Shown here in pieces: positions 1 through 12,918 of a stretch of DNA of 64,000 nt. This stretch comes from Lama guanicoe. Its lineage: Eukaryota. Within the stretch, counting starts at the first letter, position 1, and every line of letters starts with the position of its first letter. A program made the position numbers and the translations under genes. Location: contig MU054187.1 in the NCBI GenBank assembly GCA_013239625.1, forward strand, positions 13,424,974 through 13,488,973, read 5' to 3'. A model generated the notes under the pieces. That model ran no database searches. It saw only the letters and a program-made list of their open reading frames with translations, and had not been told where the DNA came from.

Positions 1-1008
1 TGAAGTGGGGCTCATATTACAAAAATGGGGGGAAAGGGATTTAAGCGCTTATTTCAGTTCCTTTTCCAAACATGGAAAGTTAAATAGTAGTTCAGCCTCA
101 ATCCTTTCAGAGGAAGATCTCATTGCAAATGTAAACTCCACTGCTCGCTCACAGTGTTTCATATATTGCAAATAACCCAGACTTGAGATTCAGGTGGCCA
201 CATGCAAATCCTAGGTGAAAGTCTGGAAGTGTCAGCTCAAAAGCAAAAGAATTTTCTCTACACACTTAGGTTCTGATTTAACTGTATTTTTTTTTAACTG
301 CCTATATTATGGACCTCCATGTTTTATCCTTTTAAATGTAAAACATGAGAAAACTAATACCGCCCCATTATTAGTTGGCCACAGAGTAAATCATTGGCAG
401 AAATGGAACATGGCCTTTGAATTTTAAACTCGCTCAAGTCCATGAGGCCAGATTGCCTCGTACTTGGCTTTGCTGTTGCTGCTGCGTGGTGAGGATGGAT
501 AAAGCATACCTGACTATTGTCTCTAAGGATAAAAGCTCCATAGAACATACTGCTTGAAACAATTAACTGAGACGAAAAACTTCATCTGTATTTCCTTCTC
601 TGCAAGTTACTTGACTCTGTGAGCCTCATTGTTCCCAGTTTGCAAAATGAGAATAGTCACTCGCCCTGCACCTCTCTTACATTCATTACAAAAATCAAGA
701 GAGCCTCAAAAATTGTGAAGTCCTGCGTGCGTGTGAGGTATTGTTGTAACTGTAGAGTGCTACATGTATTCATCTTGTGAACCTTTGACTTTCTTTAGTG
801 AAACACTGAAACACACTGAATATCTGGTACCTCCCCAGAGCAGGCCTACTCTTCTGTAATTGCTTACCTAGAAAAGGGAAAAGGCCTGCTATCCAGGAGG
901 GGTGGAGGGGACAGACAGTTTTGTTAATTAGCATATAAACACATGTAGGGAGTTATCTGTCACTTGAGGAAGTGCTTTCCTTCTTATTCCTTCTCTTCCT
1001 TCTTCTTT

Positions 1009-1047
1009 CACACACACACATGCACGCATGCATGCACGCACGTACAC
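1009..1047. repeat. Alternating purine-pyrimidine microsatellite (CA)n/(TGCA)n
   Basis: cacacacacacatgcacgcatgcatgcacgcacgtacac. Confidence 0.9.
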
Positions 1048-1049
1048 CA

Positions 1050-1390
1050 GTATAGACTCACTGATTATTTCTTGTTGTTCAAGTCAGTAATAGCCCATTA
1101 CTTTTATTATTCATTTTGATGCTCAAATTGTCACAGATTTGACCATGGGGAGCCCCTTAAGTTGTCTCCTATGGCCTGCTACGTGTCCCATCATTCTTTG
1201 AGCACTTCCTTACTTATTTTTTGCACAAGATGTGCTAGGCTCATCTTGTACTTTCCTTTCCCCAGCCCTAGAATCAACATTTTCCCAAGAAGTTCTGGTT
1301 CCTTTTGGTAGAGAATGGGATTTAGAAACCAAGATCTTTGTGTTGGATGTGCCCATTGCTCCTAGAGTGTCATTGCTTTTAGGTCCTCAC
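1050..1390 (-). mobile_element. Ancient L1 3' UTR fragment (L1MC-like)
   Basis: tttgatgctcaaattgtc...ccagccctagaatcaacattttcccaag...ttagaaaccaagatct resembles an antisense L1MC 3' end. Confidence 0.6.
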
Positions 1391-1704
1391 AGAGAACAGA
1401 GGAAAATAAGGAAAAAGATGCAGCCGGTCTGAAATGTGTGTTTGTAGGTGACATAATGAGTCTTCCAAGTAGAAGAAATCAAGTCCATATGTATGTGTTT
1501 TCTTATTTTCTTGTTTTTAATTTCTCTGATTACTAGTATGCTAAACCCTTTTGCCATATTTATTTGTCATTTATTTTTATTCTTTTGTGAAAATAAGTGT
1601 ATACTTTTTTCTTTTTCCTAGTTCACTATTGGGTTATTTGCCACTTCTTTTATGTATTTGTACCTTTTCTTTTTTTAAACTTTGACCTTTAAAAACTTTA
1701 CAAG

Positions 1705-1733
<29 letters not shown>
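1705..1733. repeat. (TA)n microsatellite
   Basis: Perfect TA run. Confidence 0.95.
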
Positions 1734-1734
<1 letters not shown>

Positions 1735-1736
<2 letters not shown>

Positions 1737-2490
1737 AAAACAGGAACTGAAACAGATATGTATATGCATATTGCAGCATTACTAATGCAGCATAATACAG
1801 CATCCTTGCTACATGACTAGTGATAGACAAAAAGTGGAAGCAATTCAAGTGTCCGTCAACAGATGAATTGATAAAATGTAATGCTGTTGACCCTTGAAAA
1901 ACAAAGGTTTGAACTGTGAGGGTCCACATATTAGTGGATTTTTTTTCAGTAGTAAACACAGCAATGTACTACATGATCTGAGGTTGGTTGAATCCACAGA
2001 TGTGGAACCATGGATATGGAGGAGCTGGATACATGAGGAAGGTTATGAGTTACAAGTTATGTAAGTTGACTGACTATAAGTTATAGGCGGATTTTTGAGG
2101 CATGGAGGGTGGGTGCTGCCAACTCCTGTGTTGTTCAAGGGTCAACTGTATATGCAAAAAGTGAAATATTATTCAGCTATAAAAAGGAATGAAGTTCTGC
2201 TACATGCTACAACATGGGTGAATCTCAGAAATGTGCTAAGTGAAATAAGCCATACACAAAATTGAATGATTCCACTTATATGGATTACCTAGAATAAGAA
2301 AATTCATAGATTAGAGGTCATCAGGGGAAGGGAGGATGGGGGTTATTGCTTAATGGTTAGAGTTTCTCTTTGTAGTGATGGAAAAGTTTTAGAACTAGAG
2401 AGTGGTGATGGTTACATAGCATGGTGAATATAGTTAATGCTACTGAATTGCACACTTAAAATGGTTAAAATAATAAATTTTATGTTTCAT
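1735..2490 (+). mobile_element. L1 3' end (L1MB-like), split by a Tigger insertion
   Basis: aagtgtccgtcaacagatgaattgataaaatg before the Tigger continues as tattcagctataaaaaggaatgaagttctg...gctactgaattgcacacttaaaatggttaaaa after it. Confidence 0.8.
1884..2148 (+). mobile_element. Non-autonomous Tigger2a-like TcMar DNA transposon
   Basis: Terminal inverted repeats ctgttgacccttgaa / ttcaagggtcaactg, followed by TA. Confidence 0.85.
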
Positions 2491-2680
2491 GTAAGTGAAG
2501 TAAGCCAGAAAGAGAAAGAAAAATACCATATGATCTCACTTATATGTGGAATAAAAAAAAAGATACAAATGAAGTTATTTACAAAACAGAAACAGACTCA
2601 CAGACATAGAGAACACACTTATGGTTGCCAGGGAGTAAAAGGGGTGAGAAGGAATAAATTGGAAGTTCAAAATTTACACC
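2491..2680 (+). mobile_element. Younger artiodactyl/camelid L1 3' fragment
   Basis: agtgaagtaagccagaaagagaaagaaaaataccatatgatctcacttatatgtggaa...acagactcacagacatagagaac; similar to the copy at 59546-59914. Confidence 0.8.
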
Positions 2681-2850
2681 TCTTGGAGAGTGATGGAAAT
2701 CTTAGATATCTTGATTGTGGTGATGGTTTCATAGGTGTTTACATCTATCAAAATTCATCCAATTGTACATCTGAAATATGTGTAGTTTACCATAGAGAAA
2801 TTATACTACAATAAAGTTGTTTAAAAATAAATAAAATTAAATAAAATAAA
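2681..2850 (+). mobile_element. Old L1 (L1ME/MD-like) 3' end with A-rich tail
   Basis: gtgatggaaatcttagatatcttgattgtggtgatggtttcataggtg...caataaagttg followed by an A-rich tail. Confidence 0.7.
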
Positions 2851-5800
2851 TATTTCTTCTACCTTATTCCCTCTTTTCCTTCTGGAGTTCCACTTACAGT
2901 ATATTAGACCATTTGGCCTTCTTTCAGAGCCCTCTTGGAAGCCCTCTTATGCTTTGTTTTTCACTATTTTTTGTGTGTTTCCATTTGGGTAATTTCTGTT
3001 GCTCTGTCTTCAAGATCACTGAATTTTACTTCAGCTGTGCAAGTCTAGTAGTGAGCCCCTCAAAGACAATCTTTATATCTGGTACCATTTCCGTTTGGTT
3101 CTGTCTTTTAGTTCCCCTCTATCTGCTGAAATCGCCTGTTTCTTTATGGATGTTGCTTATCCTTTTTTCAAGAACTTTTAACATTAATCAGAGTTATTTT
3201 TAACTTTTTCTCTTGAAGTAATTTTAGACTTAAGGAAAAGTTTAAAAGATAGTAAAGTGTTCCTGTAGATGCTTCACTCAGCTTCTCCTATTGTTAACAT
3301 CTCACCTAACCATGGTATGGTTATCAAAACTAAGAAATTAACGGCACAGTACTGTTAACCTAACGACAGATTTTACTCAGATTTCACCAGTTATTCCACT
3401 AGTGTTCTTACTCTTTCTCAGAATCCCAAACAGGGCCCACAATGCATTTAGTTGTCATGTCTCTTTAATCTTCTCTGACCTAGGACAGTTTCTCAATCTT
3501 TCCTCTATTTTTATCCTCCTTAACATACAGGAGTGTCAAGAGTAGTGTCAACAGTACTGCTCAGGTTTTTGTAGAATGTCCCTTAATTTGTTTTCTGTGG
3601 TGTTTTTCTCATGAATAGATTAAGGTCATTGATTTTGGGGAAATGCGTCACAGAGATGATGGGCTTTTCTCAGGGCATTATATCGGGGGCTCATAATATC
3701 AATATATCTTATTAAAGATGGTGTCAATTTTGGTGACTTGGGTTAGGTGGTGGCTGTCAGCGTTCTCCAATGTAAAATTATTATTTCCCCATTTATGATT
3801 AATAAATATTTGGGGGGAGATACCTTGAGGCTGTGAGATATCCTGTTTCTCTTTAAACTTTTGTCCACTGATTTTAACATTTGCTGATAGAATTTGCCTG
3901 TAGCAATTGCTGCTATTGTGTTCTGATGGCCATTTTCTATTTCCTTCATTCTGTCTACATTTAATGATTGGAATTATTCTGCAAGGATGAATTATTCCTT
4001 CTCCTTCATTTATGTATTTGTTTGCTGTGTTTATATCAGTATGGACCCCCAGTAACCACCAATCTGTTTTTCCTCCTGATAATTTTCCCTTTTTAATGTT
4101 ATATAAATGGAATAATACAATATATAGCACTTGGGATCTGCCTTATTTTGCTTAGAAAACACATTTAAGTTTCATCCATTTTATTATGTGATTCAGTATT
4201 TCATTCATTTTTACTGTTGAGTCATATTCTAGTGTATAAGGTATATATTTTGTTTATGTGTTCATCATTTGAAGAACACCTAGGGTTTCCAGTTTTCAGC
4301 AGTTATGAATAAAGCCACTGTAAACATTGTGTACAGACTTTTGTGTGAACATAACTTTTTCATTCATCTGGATAATGCATAGGGGTGTGATTGCCAGGGC
4401 ATGTGGTAAATAAGTGTTTGACTTTACAAGAGACTGTCAAACTGGTTTCCAAAGTGGCTGTATCATCTTGCATACCAACCAGCAGTATGTAGAAATTTCA
4501 GTTGCTAAGCATTTTAGGTATTATTAGTTTAAAAAATTTTTAGCCATTTTAATAGTTGTGTTCTTGTATCTCATTGTGAATCACAGAAATTTAAACCTTT
4601 TTGTTTCATAGATTTAACATCTGCGCTACCTGAGCCTGGTTCTGTTGATTGGTTGGTCTCTTGACAGTCGGGCTGTCTTTTTTCTTTCTTATTGTGCATC
4701 ATCTAATAATTTCCTGAAACTCAGGTGTATTTATTTGTGCCTAGTAATGAACACAGCCCTTCTTTTGCTAGGTCTTTACTGTGAGGGTTTAAATTCTTCC
4801 TAGGAGCTGAGCTCAATTTGCGTGTTGTTATGGTTACTCTTATTACACCGCTGGCTTCAAGTATTTCCAGCATTACTTTGTGATCAGGGCGAGGACTGGG
4901 TTTCTGATGGGTTTTTCTCAATTTTCCTGTTCCACTCTTAGCCTTAGACTGTACTGTGAGCATGTAGTTCGGAGATCTCTCCCCAAGCTCTTGTCTGCCT
5001 CTCATTGGTAGACTGATGTTGATTGTTATTCAAGGCTGGCTAGCTTGGTGATGGGAGATTAGTACATGTTATCTTCATCCTGGCTTGGCCTCATTCTTAA
5101 GCAGGCCCTGTGGCTCTGGGTCTCAGGGTTAGGACTTTCTCAGTGATCCTGTTCCTCCCCAGTGGTAGGGACTCACTTGTGTTATGAGTTCCTGCCGGAT
5201 TTCCACTCCTTTCCCAGGGGAAGTAGTTTTTTTGTTTTTTTTTTTCCCCTTTCTCTTCCCTATATGCAGTAGGTTTCAATGAGTGCCTGTGAATGGCTGG
5301 GGCCTGGGTGAAGGACATTCTTTGGAGTTACCTTACTTTGGAAGCACTGACATACTAATTCAGGTGATCCTCACTCAGAGGTTTGTGCAAGCACAGGGTT
5401 GGCATTGCACAAACCTGGGAGTGGGTGCCTCCTTGTATTTTGCACCTATGTGCATCACTTACCTCATCCTAGTGCTGGCCTTGGCCCTAGGGAATGACAG
5501 AGTTTTCTGCTCTTCCCCTAATGACGTCAGGCTTCTGGTCCCATTGGAAGGAGAACCTTGGTAGGACTTCCTGTCCTTCCACACTAGCAACTGCTTTCCT
5601 TTTCCAGGCCTTCACACAAGGTTGTTTTTCTTGGGTTACCTGTCCTATTTCAGCAATTTTTGTGCCCCAGTGAGATCAGGGAAGGGTCTGTGAGTGGGTA
5701 CAAGCTCCCATATCTGTAATTCTCAGAACATGTAAACTTTCACTCTCGCCCCACTTGACCTTTAGTAATATGTCATATATTTCAGCCGAAATGTTACCAC

Positions 5801-7500
5801 CTCCTTTCGCCCTGCCTTCTTCCTGTGCTCTGCCCCCAGGGACGCCTGTGCGTGGAGGCACTTGCCTTTTCTTAGATGTCCGAGGAGTTGGTTTCTCTGT
5901 GTCTTCAGTTCTGACGAGTCCAAGAAAAGTTATGATTTTATAGATTATTCAGCTTTTTGGTTGTTAGTATAGGAGTGAAGTTTTTTCCAGCACTCTTTGT
6001 CTAAGGTGGATTTTTTCAATACTTTAAAGGTCTGATTTTCTTGTCTTCTTACTTGCATTTTGGAGGCGGGGGTTTGGAGTTTTTTGCACGAAGAGTCAGC
6101 AGTCTTGTCTTTATATCTCTATGTAATGTTTCTTTGTTATATATCTGCTTTTATAATTTTCTATAACTATTCTCTTATACTTTTCACACTGGTTTTCAGA
6201 AATTTGATTATGAACTGCCTTGGTGTGCTTTTCTTTGGAAGCATTGACTTTCTTGACTTTGTAGGTTTATATTTTTCATCAAATTTGGAACTTTTTAGTT
6301 GTTGTTTCTCTAAATGTTATTTTTCTGACTCTCTTCTCATCTCTTTCCTCTAAGACTCTAATTAAAAATACGATAGACCATCGGATGGATAGTCCCCACA
6401 CCTCTGAGGTTTTGTTAAACTTTTTAGTCTTTTTTGATCCTCTGTGCTTTTGAAAAATTTTGATTACTTATCTTCAAGCTCTCTGATTTTTTCTTTGTAG
6501 AGTTGAATAAACTCTTCTCCTATCCAATTTTATTTTGTATTTTGTATATATTATCTCTAGATGTTCCATTTGGTTTTCATATATTTAATTTTAATCATTA
6601 TGATATTCATGTTTTATTTTAAATACTTGAGCATATGTATAGTAGCTATTTTTAAGTCCCTCTTGCAAATATATAATTTATTTCATGTCTGTTTCCATTG
6701 GGTGATTTTAACTTTGATTATGGGTCATATTTTTCTGCCCCTTAGAATGTCTAGAGGCCTTTAAGCAGAATATAGACATTATAGGTACTGCATTGTTGCA
6801 TGCTGGATTTTGTTCTTTCCTCAGAGAGTGATGGGCTTTTTTTTGGCAGGCAGTTAAGTTGCATACATCCACTTGATCCTCTGAGGCTTGTTTTTAATCT
6901 TTAGTAGGGAGAGTTTAGAGTAGCCTTTACTCTGGGACATGGCCCTTCTGGGGTCTATAGTAAATGTTTTGAATGTTCAACAAGGATTCCTCACTCTACC
7001 GAGTAAGAAATTTGAACATCTTTAGCCCATGTGAGCGTTGGGAATTGTTCAGCTTGTGGCTTCTTGTTCTTTATGTAGTTTCATGGAATTTCACCCTACA
7101 CATGTGTATGCTGGTAGTCAGCCAGTGATGCTAGATGAATGATATGGAGAATTCTAGAACTTTTTCTGTGAAGCATAAGACACCTCCTTTTCTTCAAACT
7201 CTGATACTCAAATACCAGTTGATTCAGGCTCATGAATTCTAATCTTTGTCTCATAATTTCAGTGAGACCCATCTGTACCACTTGTGAGTTCCCCTCCCAA
7301 TACAGTGGATCAAAAAGTATGTGAGATTGAATGCTTGAGTGACCATAGAGCTTCCTTCATTTATTTTCTTTCAGGAATGACAGTCTTGTGCTATTACCAA
7401 ATCTTAAAATCATTTGTCTCATAAATTTTGCCCATTAAAAAAAATTATTGTTTACAATGGGAGAAGTATTGTCCAGTTATGCCATTGTGGCATCCTCATT
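2851..7500 (-). mobile_element. Cluster of nested ancient antisense L1 fragments (L1MC/MD-like 3' ends at ~3205-4590 within older L1M 5'/ORF1 sequence)
   Basis: T-rich strand bias; motifs ttgaagtaattttagactt, tcaaaactaagaaattaac, gttatgaataaagccactgtaaacatt, ttccaaagtggctgtatcatcttgcat. Confidence 0.7.
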
Positions 7501-9254
7501 TCCTTATTCTAATTTGCTTTAATTTTAATTATGCTTTTCATTGTCATGTTCCGATCCTAGCTAAAAATTCTACTGTATTTAGTATAATGCTTCTGATTAT
7601 TCTTTCAAAATGTTGTGACAATTTTTTAAATGGCAGGGAATGCATTACGGTATCATTTCGCAGGGTTTTATTTCGCAGGGTTTTATTCCTGCAAAAGAAA
7701 TACCGTGGCTTAGGTTCATTGCATATCTACAGAATAAAATCCATATTTCAGAATTCTGTGTACACTCAATGTTTGTAAGAGCACCTATGCCTGGTTCTGA
7801 TGTACTAATTGTGTTTATGATAATGTTATAATTTCCCTCACTGTCACAAGACAGTTATATTGAGTATTAGAAACAGCACCATAAAAGTCAGAAAGGTAAT
7901 TGGGTGTCATTTTAAATTCCCCCTGTTATCTTGTGTTTTTTGAAGTTAACACTTTATTCTTTTTAAACATCAGTCTGTGTCATCAAATGAAAATATAATT
8001 TTAAAATTATACATCTAAATAGATCAACTAAAAATAGCCCTGAAATCCCAAACTCAGATGTTTATAAATAGTCCTATAAGTGCACTTGTAGCAGTAAGTT
8101 GAACTGGTGTGGAAAAAGCCAGTTTTGTGTAAAATCAGAAAGAAACAAAATTAAACTACTGATTCATAAAGAAGTTAATTTTATTTTTTTAGTAAATCTC
8201 CTCAGACTTTTGTCCTCACATTCCATCCCATCAGTTCAGCAGATCAGCCCTTCGTCACAGCTACAGCACTGTGACATAGCAGCCTCCCTGGTACCACTTG
8301 TGAGCATGCGCAGCGTGCCCTGTAACTCAGCTACAGCACTGTGGGTGGGTTCCTTGGTCCCTCCTGCAGTCCTGTGCAGTGTGCACCGTGGAGCGCTAAT
8401 AGTATGAGCAACCTGGTACCTGCAGACAGACTTATGAATGTCACTAATCTCTGACCTTTGCCTCCTCAGGGAGACTCTGACTCCTGTTTCCTTCCCCTTC
8501 CTTCCCACCTTTGTAGCCTTTACCAGACCGACCCTTTTGAGGGGTTGGGTTTTTGTTTTCCCCACCAAGTACCATTCTAACAGCCTTACAAATACTAATT
8601 CACTTAATCTTCACTGTATTATGAACTTGGTGTATTATTATCTATGTATGTTTTTCTGTGTACATCAAAGATCGACTATGGGTCTTGGCTTCACTAGCCT
8701 TATGCTCAGAATTATCAGTTTTAAGTCACAAACTTGCATGGCAATGAAAGCTCTCCTGATTTGTCTCACTCAGTTTCATGCCTCCATTCCCTAAACCCTC
8801 CAGGTGGGCAGATGTGAAAAAACAAGTTTCTCCTAATTTGCTTTCATCTATATGTGACCAAAACTTTGACTTCAAAAAAAATAACAAACAACTACTTAGT
8901 AACACCAAGACTCCAGGCAGAAGTCCTGCAGTTAGCCTGTGGTTTTGCGTGTCTTTAGCACACCACTGTGAATACCCACCCAAATGTATGCATAAAAATG
9001 GTTTATAGGAGTTTGCAATATTACATGTTAACTTTAGTAAAATCTTCCTTTCTAGAGATCAGTCATTTTCACTATTAACTGAATGATGCCGAAGTGAGAC
9101 CCCCCAGGGCTAGTCATAGAGAGGACTAACAGGAGAGCTGCCTGCCCACAGTTAACTCACTGGAAGGAGAGGTCTGAGGCCAGAGGTGGCCAGTGATGGT
9201 GAACTAGAGCATGTTTTGGTAGCACTTGTGTGCAGGAGATGATGTGTAGATGCT

Positions 9255-9569
9255 CAGGAGAGCTGCTAAGCTCCGGAGTTTTACAAGCCAACTGTTACAC
9301 ACAGCCATTATGAAAAATTAAATTATTTTAAACTTCCAATTAAATAAATTATATTAAAAACAATGGTAACAAACACTCAAAACTCCTTGCTTCCCAATTA
9401 TTTCACCCTTCTTTAAGCTCTTGGAGTCACTGACATGTATCTGTGTGATATGCTACTACCGTGTGTCCCTTACCAGCTCTGAGTTCAGTGATGTCACTTG
9501 ATAGCTTGAAATTGTCCAGGGATTTATACCACAGAGAGCTGATTGTCCAGCATGTACCAGCACACCACT
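9255..9569. mobile_element. MER63-like hAT DNA transposon relic
   Basis: Terminus ccagcacaccactg; internal cagccattatgaaaaattaaattat...aaacactcaaaactc. Confidence 0.65.
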
Positions 9570-9649
9570 GCTTGGAGGGAAACAGAAAGGAGCATGGCAG
9601 AGATTATAAATGAAGCAGAGATTTCAAAATGAAGGCATTCCAGCTCAGA

Positions 9650-9835
9650 GATAAATTTTGTTCGCCTTCCAAATTTAAAAAATAATTTGTATTAATTGGC
9701 AGTGCTTCTAAATGAGAGAGTTTCATGTGAAAAATCAGATTTCCAGCCTTCTTAGAAAAACAGAACGTACTGGTGGTTTACTGGTGGTCACACTGAGCCA
9801 CCTGCTACCTTGGCAACAATTGACTGGAGTGAAGC
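9650..9835. mobile_element. MER102-like hAT-Charlie fragment
   Basis: aaaaatcagatttccagccttcttagaaaaacagaa...tggcaacaattgactggagtga. Confidence 0.55.
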
Positions 9836-10619
9836 TTACCCTTTAGGAGGGTATCTCTCCTCCAGGATTCCTTTACCTTCCTGGCCCAGGCTGTCTTTAA
9901 TACTATTCCTCCTGCTGTAATGGTAAGTGCATTGGGTTCAGTAGCCAAGAGGTTGAAAAGAATTGGGGAGTATGAGGTGCAGACTGAATGAAGTTCTGGG
10001 ACTCAGCTTACAGACACAGAACATGTCAATCAGCGTTCCTTTAATGAGAAGCTTAGACTTGCCAGGACTAGCGTGACTTCTTAAGAACCCACACAGATGT
10101 GGACATAGAAGGGGTCTCTAAAACATCAGGATAGATGTCATAGAGTTCATGACTTAAGGATTTGATATTTTGTGTATGGCCCATGCTCTTACTCAGAGCC
10201 TGGTTATTTGTTCTAACATTAATTTTTCTTTTAGACATAATCACAAGATCATTTATATTCTCTAGTTTTCTAGACCAGAGTAGCTTATAAGATAAAAATT
10301 GACAATAGGAACAGTACTACTAAAAACACCATCAGAAGTCGGAAATGATGGTTGATGGCAAAAAAAAAAACCAAAAAAACAACCCAAGAGATTACAGGGA
10401 AAACATACATCAAATACAGGGCCTCAAGCACAAGTATATGGGACCATTTATTTCAGGGACAGCAACTCTCCACATCTCTACAGCTCCTAAAAAAACCATT
10501 TCTTAAAAGAGTATAATTAGTCACTGGTGATTAAAATGATAACTTGAATAAGCCAGAAAAGTTTGTCACACATTCAGCAATTTAGTTACGTAGGTAGGGA
10601 AATGCAAACCATTACAGAG

Positions 10620-11010
10620 ATGCCTGCTTTTTTCCCTCTAATCCTGGAGTTTGCTTCCTCCCAGGACCTTGTCTGCTTTGTGTCAGGTTCTTTTTGCCTC
10701 TCTTGTCACGTGGCTAATTTCTGTTTATCTTTCCAGTTTTAACTTAATGTTACTTCCTCAAGGAGATCCTCTTTGATTTTCTGGTCAATATTAGGTCCCT
10801 CTATTCCATACACTGCTTCACTGTACCCTAGAATTTCCTTTATTGCTTACTCAGTCATAATTATAGTAATTTCCGCCTTTTGTTTTCTTTGTTCCATGTT
10901 TATCAACATCATTAGACTATGAATTCCATGAATGCAATGACCATATTTGCCTTATTCATTGCGATGTTGCCCAATTTTGGGTGTACAGTAAATAATTTTT
11001 GAATAAATAA
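10620..11010 (+). mobile_element. L2 3' end
   Basis: aatgttacttcctcaaggagatcctct...ttagactatgaattccatgaa...taaataatttttgaataaataa. Confidence 0.7.
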
Positions 11011-12899
11011 TGGCCGAACTAAAAACAAATCTAAAATGGTTGCCATTTATCTGCAAAAGCTTAGTCTTAATAAAAACATGAAATGTGACTTAATTCCTCC
11101 GTGTACTTTTATTTCTGAGTAGCTCGTAACACAGTAGGCATGGGAAATGTTTGCTGAACGAATGATGCCGTACAACGATTCATTTCCCTTTGGTTCTTTG
11201 TCTTTAGAGCCAGTGGTTCTCAGCACCTGAAATCTGAGAGTAACTGCATTTACACATTTTAATTACAAATGTGATTTCTTTTACATTACAGGCAATTTCT
11301 TTTAAAATATTGGAATATTCTAAATCTTGTCTAGTGTAACAATGCTGCAAATGTAAGAAAATGCGAGACTTTGTACGTATTAATTAGCCACTTTAAACCC
11401 CCACATGTTTCCAATTTTAATTTTTTGGATCATAACACTCTGCAGACTCGAACTACCCTAAGTATGTCCATCTCACCAAGTGATTCCAAAATGGAAGCGG
11501 ACCCTTTCTCTAGCTAATGATAGGCGTATGTGGGAGACAGAGACAAAAATGTTTTAGTGGGGAGGAAAAACAAAGGCTGTGTTTTAATGTAATGGAAAAT
11601 TAGGAATCCTAAACAATCTGCTCATCAATCAAAACAGTGGAAATATGGGGCTCATTAGTGGTTCCAAAAGTGGTTCTTTCTCCAGTTTCTAACTAATGCG
11701 TGGCTGGGAGTCGGGCCAGGTGTTCCTCATACTGATTTCCACTCTGAGCAGCTTTATCCGAAAACCCATCCCCTTCACACCACACACATGTAACCTGTTC
11801 ACTGGTTCCATTAAATTAGCTCAGTCTCCACCACTGTGCACAGACCACGGCAGGTGCCTGGTTTCCACTATAAAAGCTAAGAACCCTAAATTCTGCCTGT
11901 TTATCTTTTGTTAATGAGAATTCGAGCTGCTTAAATTCCGAAGTCTTTTTTAGATTGTCTCGCTATGTTAAAAGAATTAAATGAGACAGTTCTCATATTC
12001 ACTTTAAAAATTTGAGCAGTTAAAGCATTAGGCTGATATTTTTAAATGAAAAAATGTTCAATTTGCAATTTAAAGTGTACAAAACATTTGTCTTTCCCCC
12101 GTGTTTCAATGAGAGGAACTGCAACTGTGCTTGGAAGAGGGACTTGCCCCAGATCAGTTCGGCTTCTCCCATAGCACTTTCCCCATGGCTTTCCAAAGCT
12201 GGAGGAGACTTGTGTTCTTCCTGTGCTTCTGTTACTTCCTGTTGCCCTGGTGAGAAATGCCTTGATGTATTCTTTCTTTTAATTTAATAATGTAAAAACT
12301 CGTATTGAAGTCTTTGTGTTGTAGACTTTCTTTTCAAATCATGGGGCAGTGCTGGCAGCTGAGAGCCTAAAACTTCACCAGAGTGCACCGTAACAGGTTC
12401 CAAGGGCGACTGAGTGGGGTTCTCTTACATGCCATGTACATGGGAATGCTTCAGGCCCAAGTGCTTTGGCGAGCGATGAAGAAAATAACACAATTTTAAC
12501 GATTTGGGAAAATGGGAAACAAGTAATAAACTGTCATAAGGGCGAGACATCCTGTGACTCCAGTGTAGCGAGGGAGTCAGGGAAGGCAGGCTGAAAGAGT
12601 CTAAGGCCTGTAACAGCAGAATGAATACAGCTCTGCAAGGGAACCACGGCACAGCTGCGGGTGGGGGTGCAATGAATTTCACCTCTGTCTTCTCAGTTAG
12701 ATCAGAAGAGTTTAATTAATGAGACACAGAATTGTGTCCTCTGTACTTAGAGGAGGACATGGCCTCGCATGGGCCCCCGTGAGGAAGTGTAAAGACCATT
12801 TTCAGAATCACTGAGTATACAGCTAACGCTGTTAGACTGCCCACATCCTGACGCGCGTGGGGAGGAAACGCCGTGGCTCGAACAGTAACCTGGGAGCGT

Positions 12900-12918
12900 C
12901 AGTACCCTCTAGCTGGGG
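12900..12918 (-). promoter_or_regulatory. Candidate CTCF site
   Basis: Minus strand CAGCTAGAGGGTAC resembles CCASYAGRKGGCRS; lies beside a small CpG cluster (12850-12900). Confidence 0.3.

Noticed and set aside
3699..4130. 143-aa ORF
   Set aside because: Lies within L1 3' UTR-derived sequence
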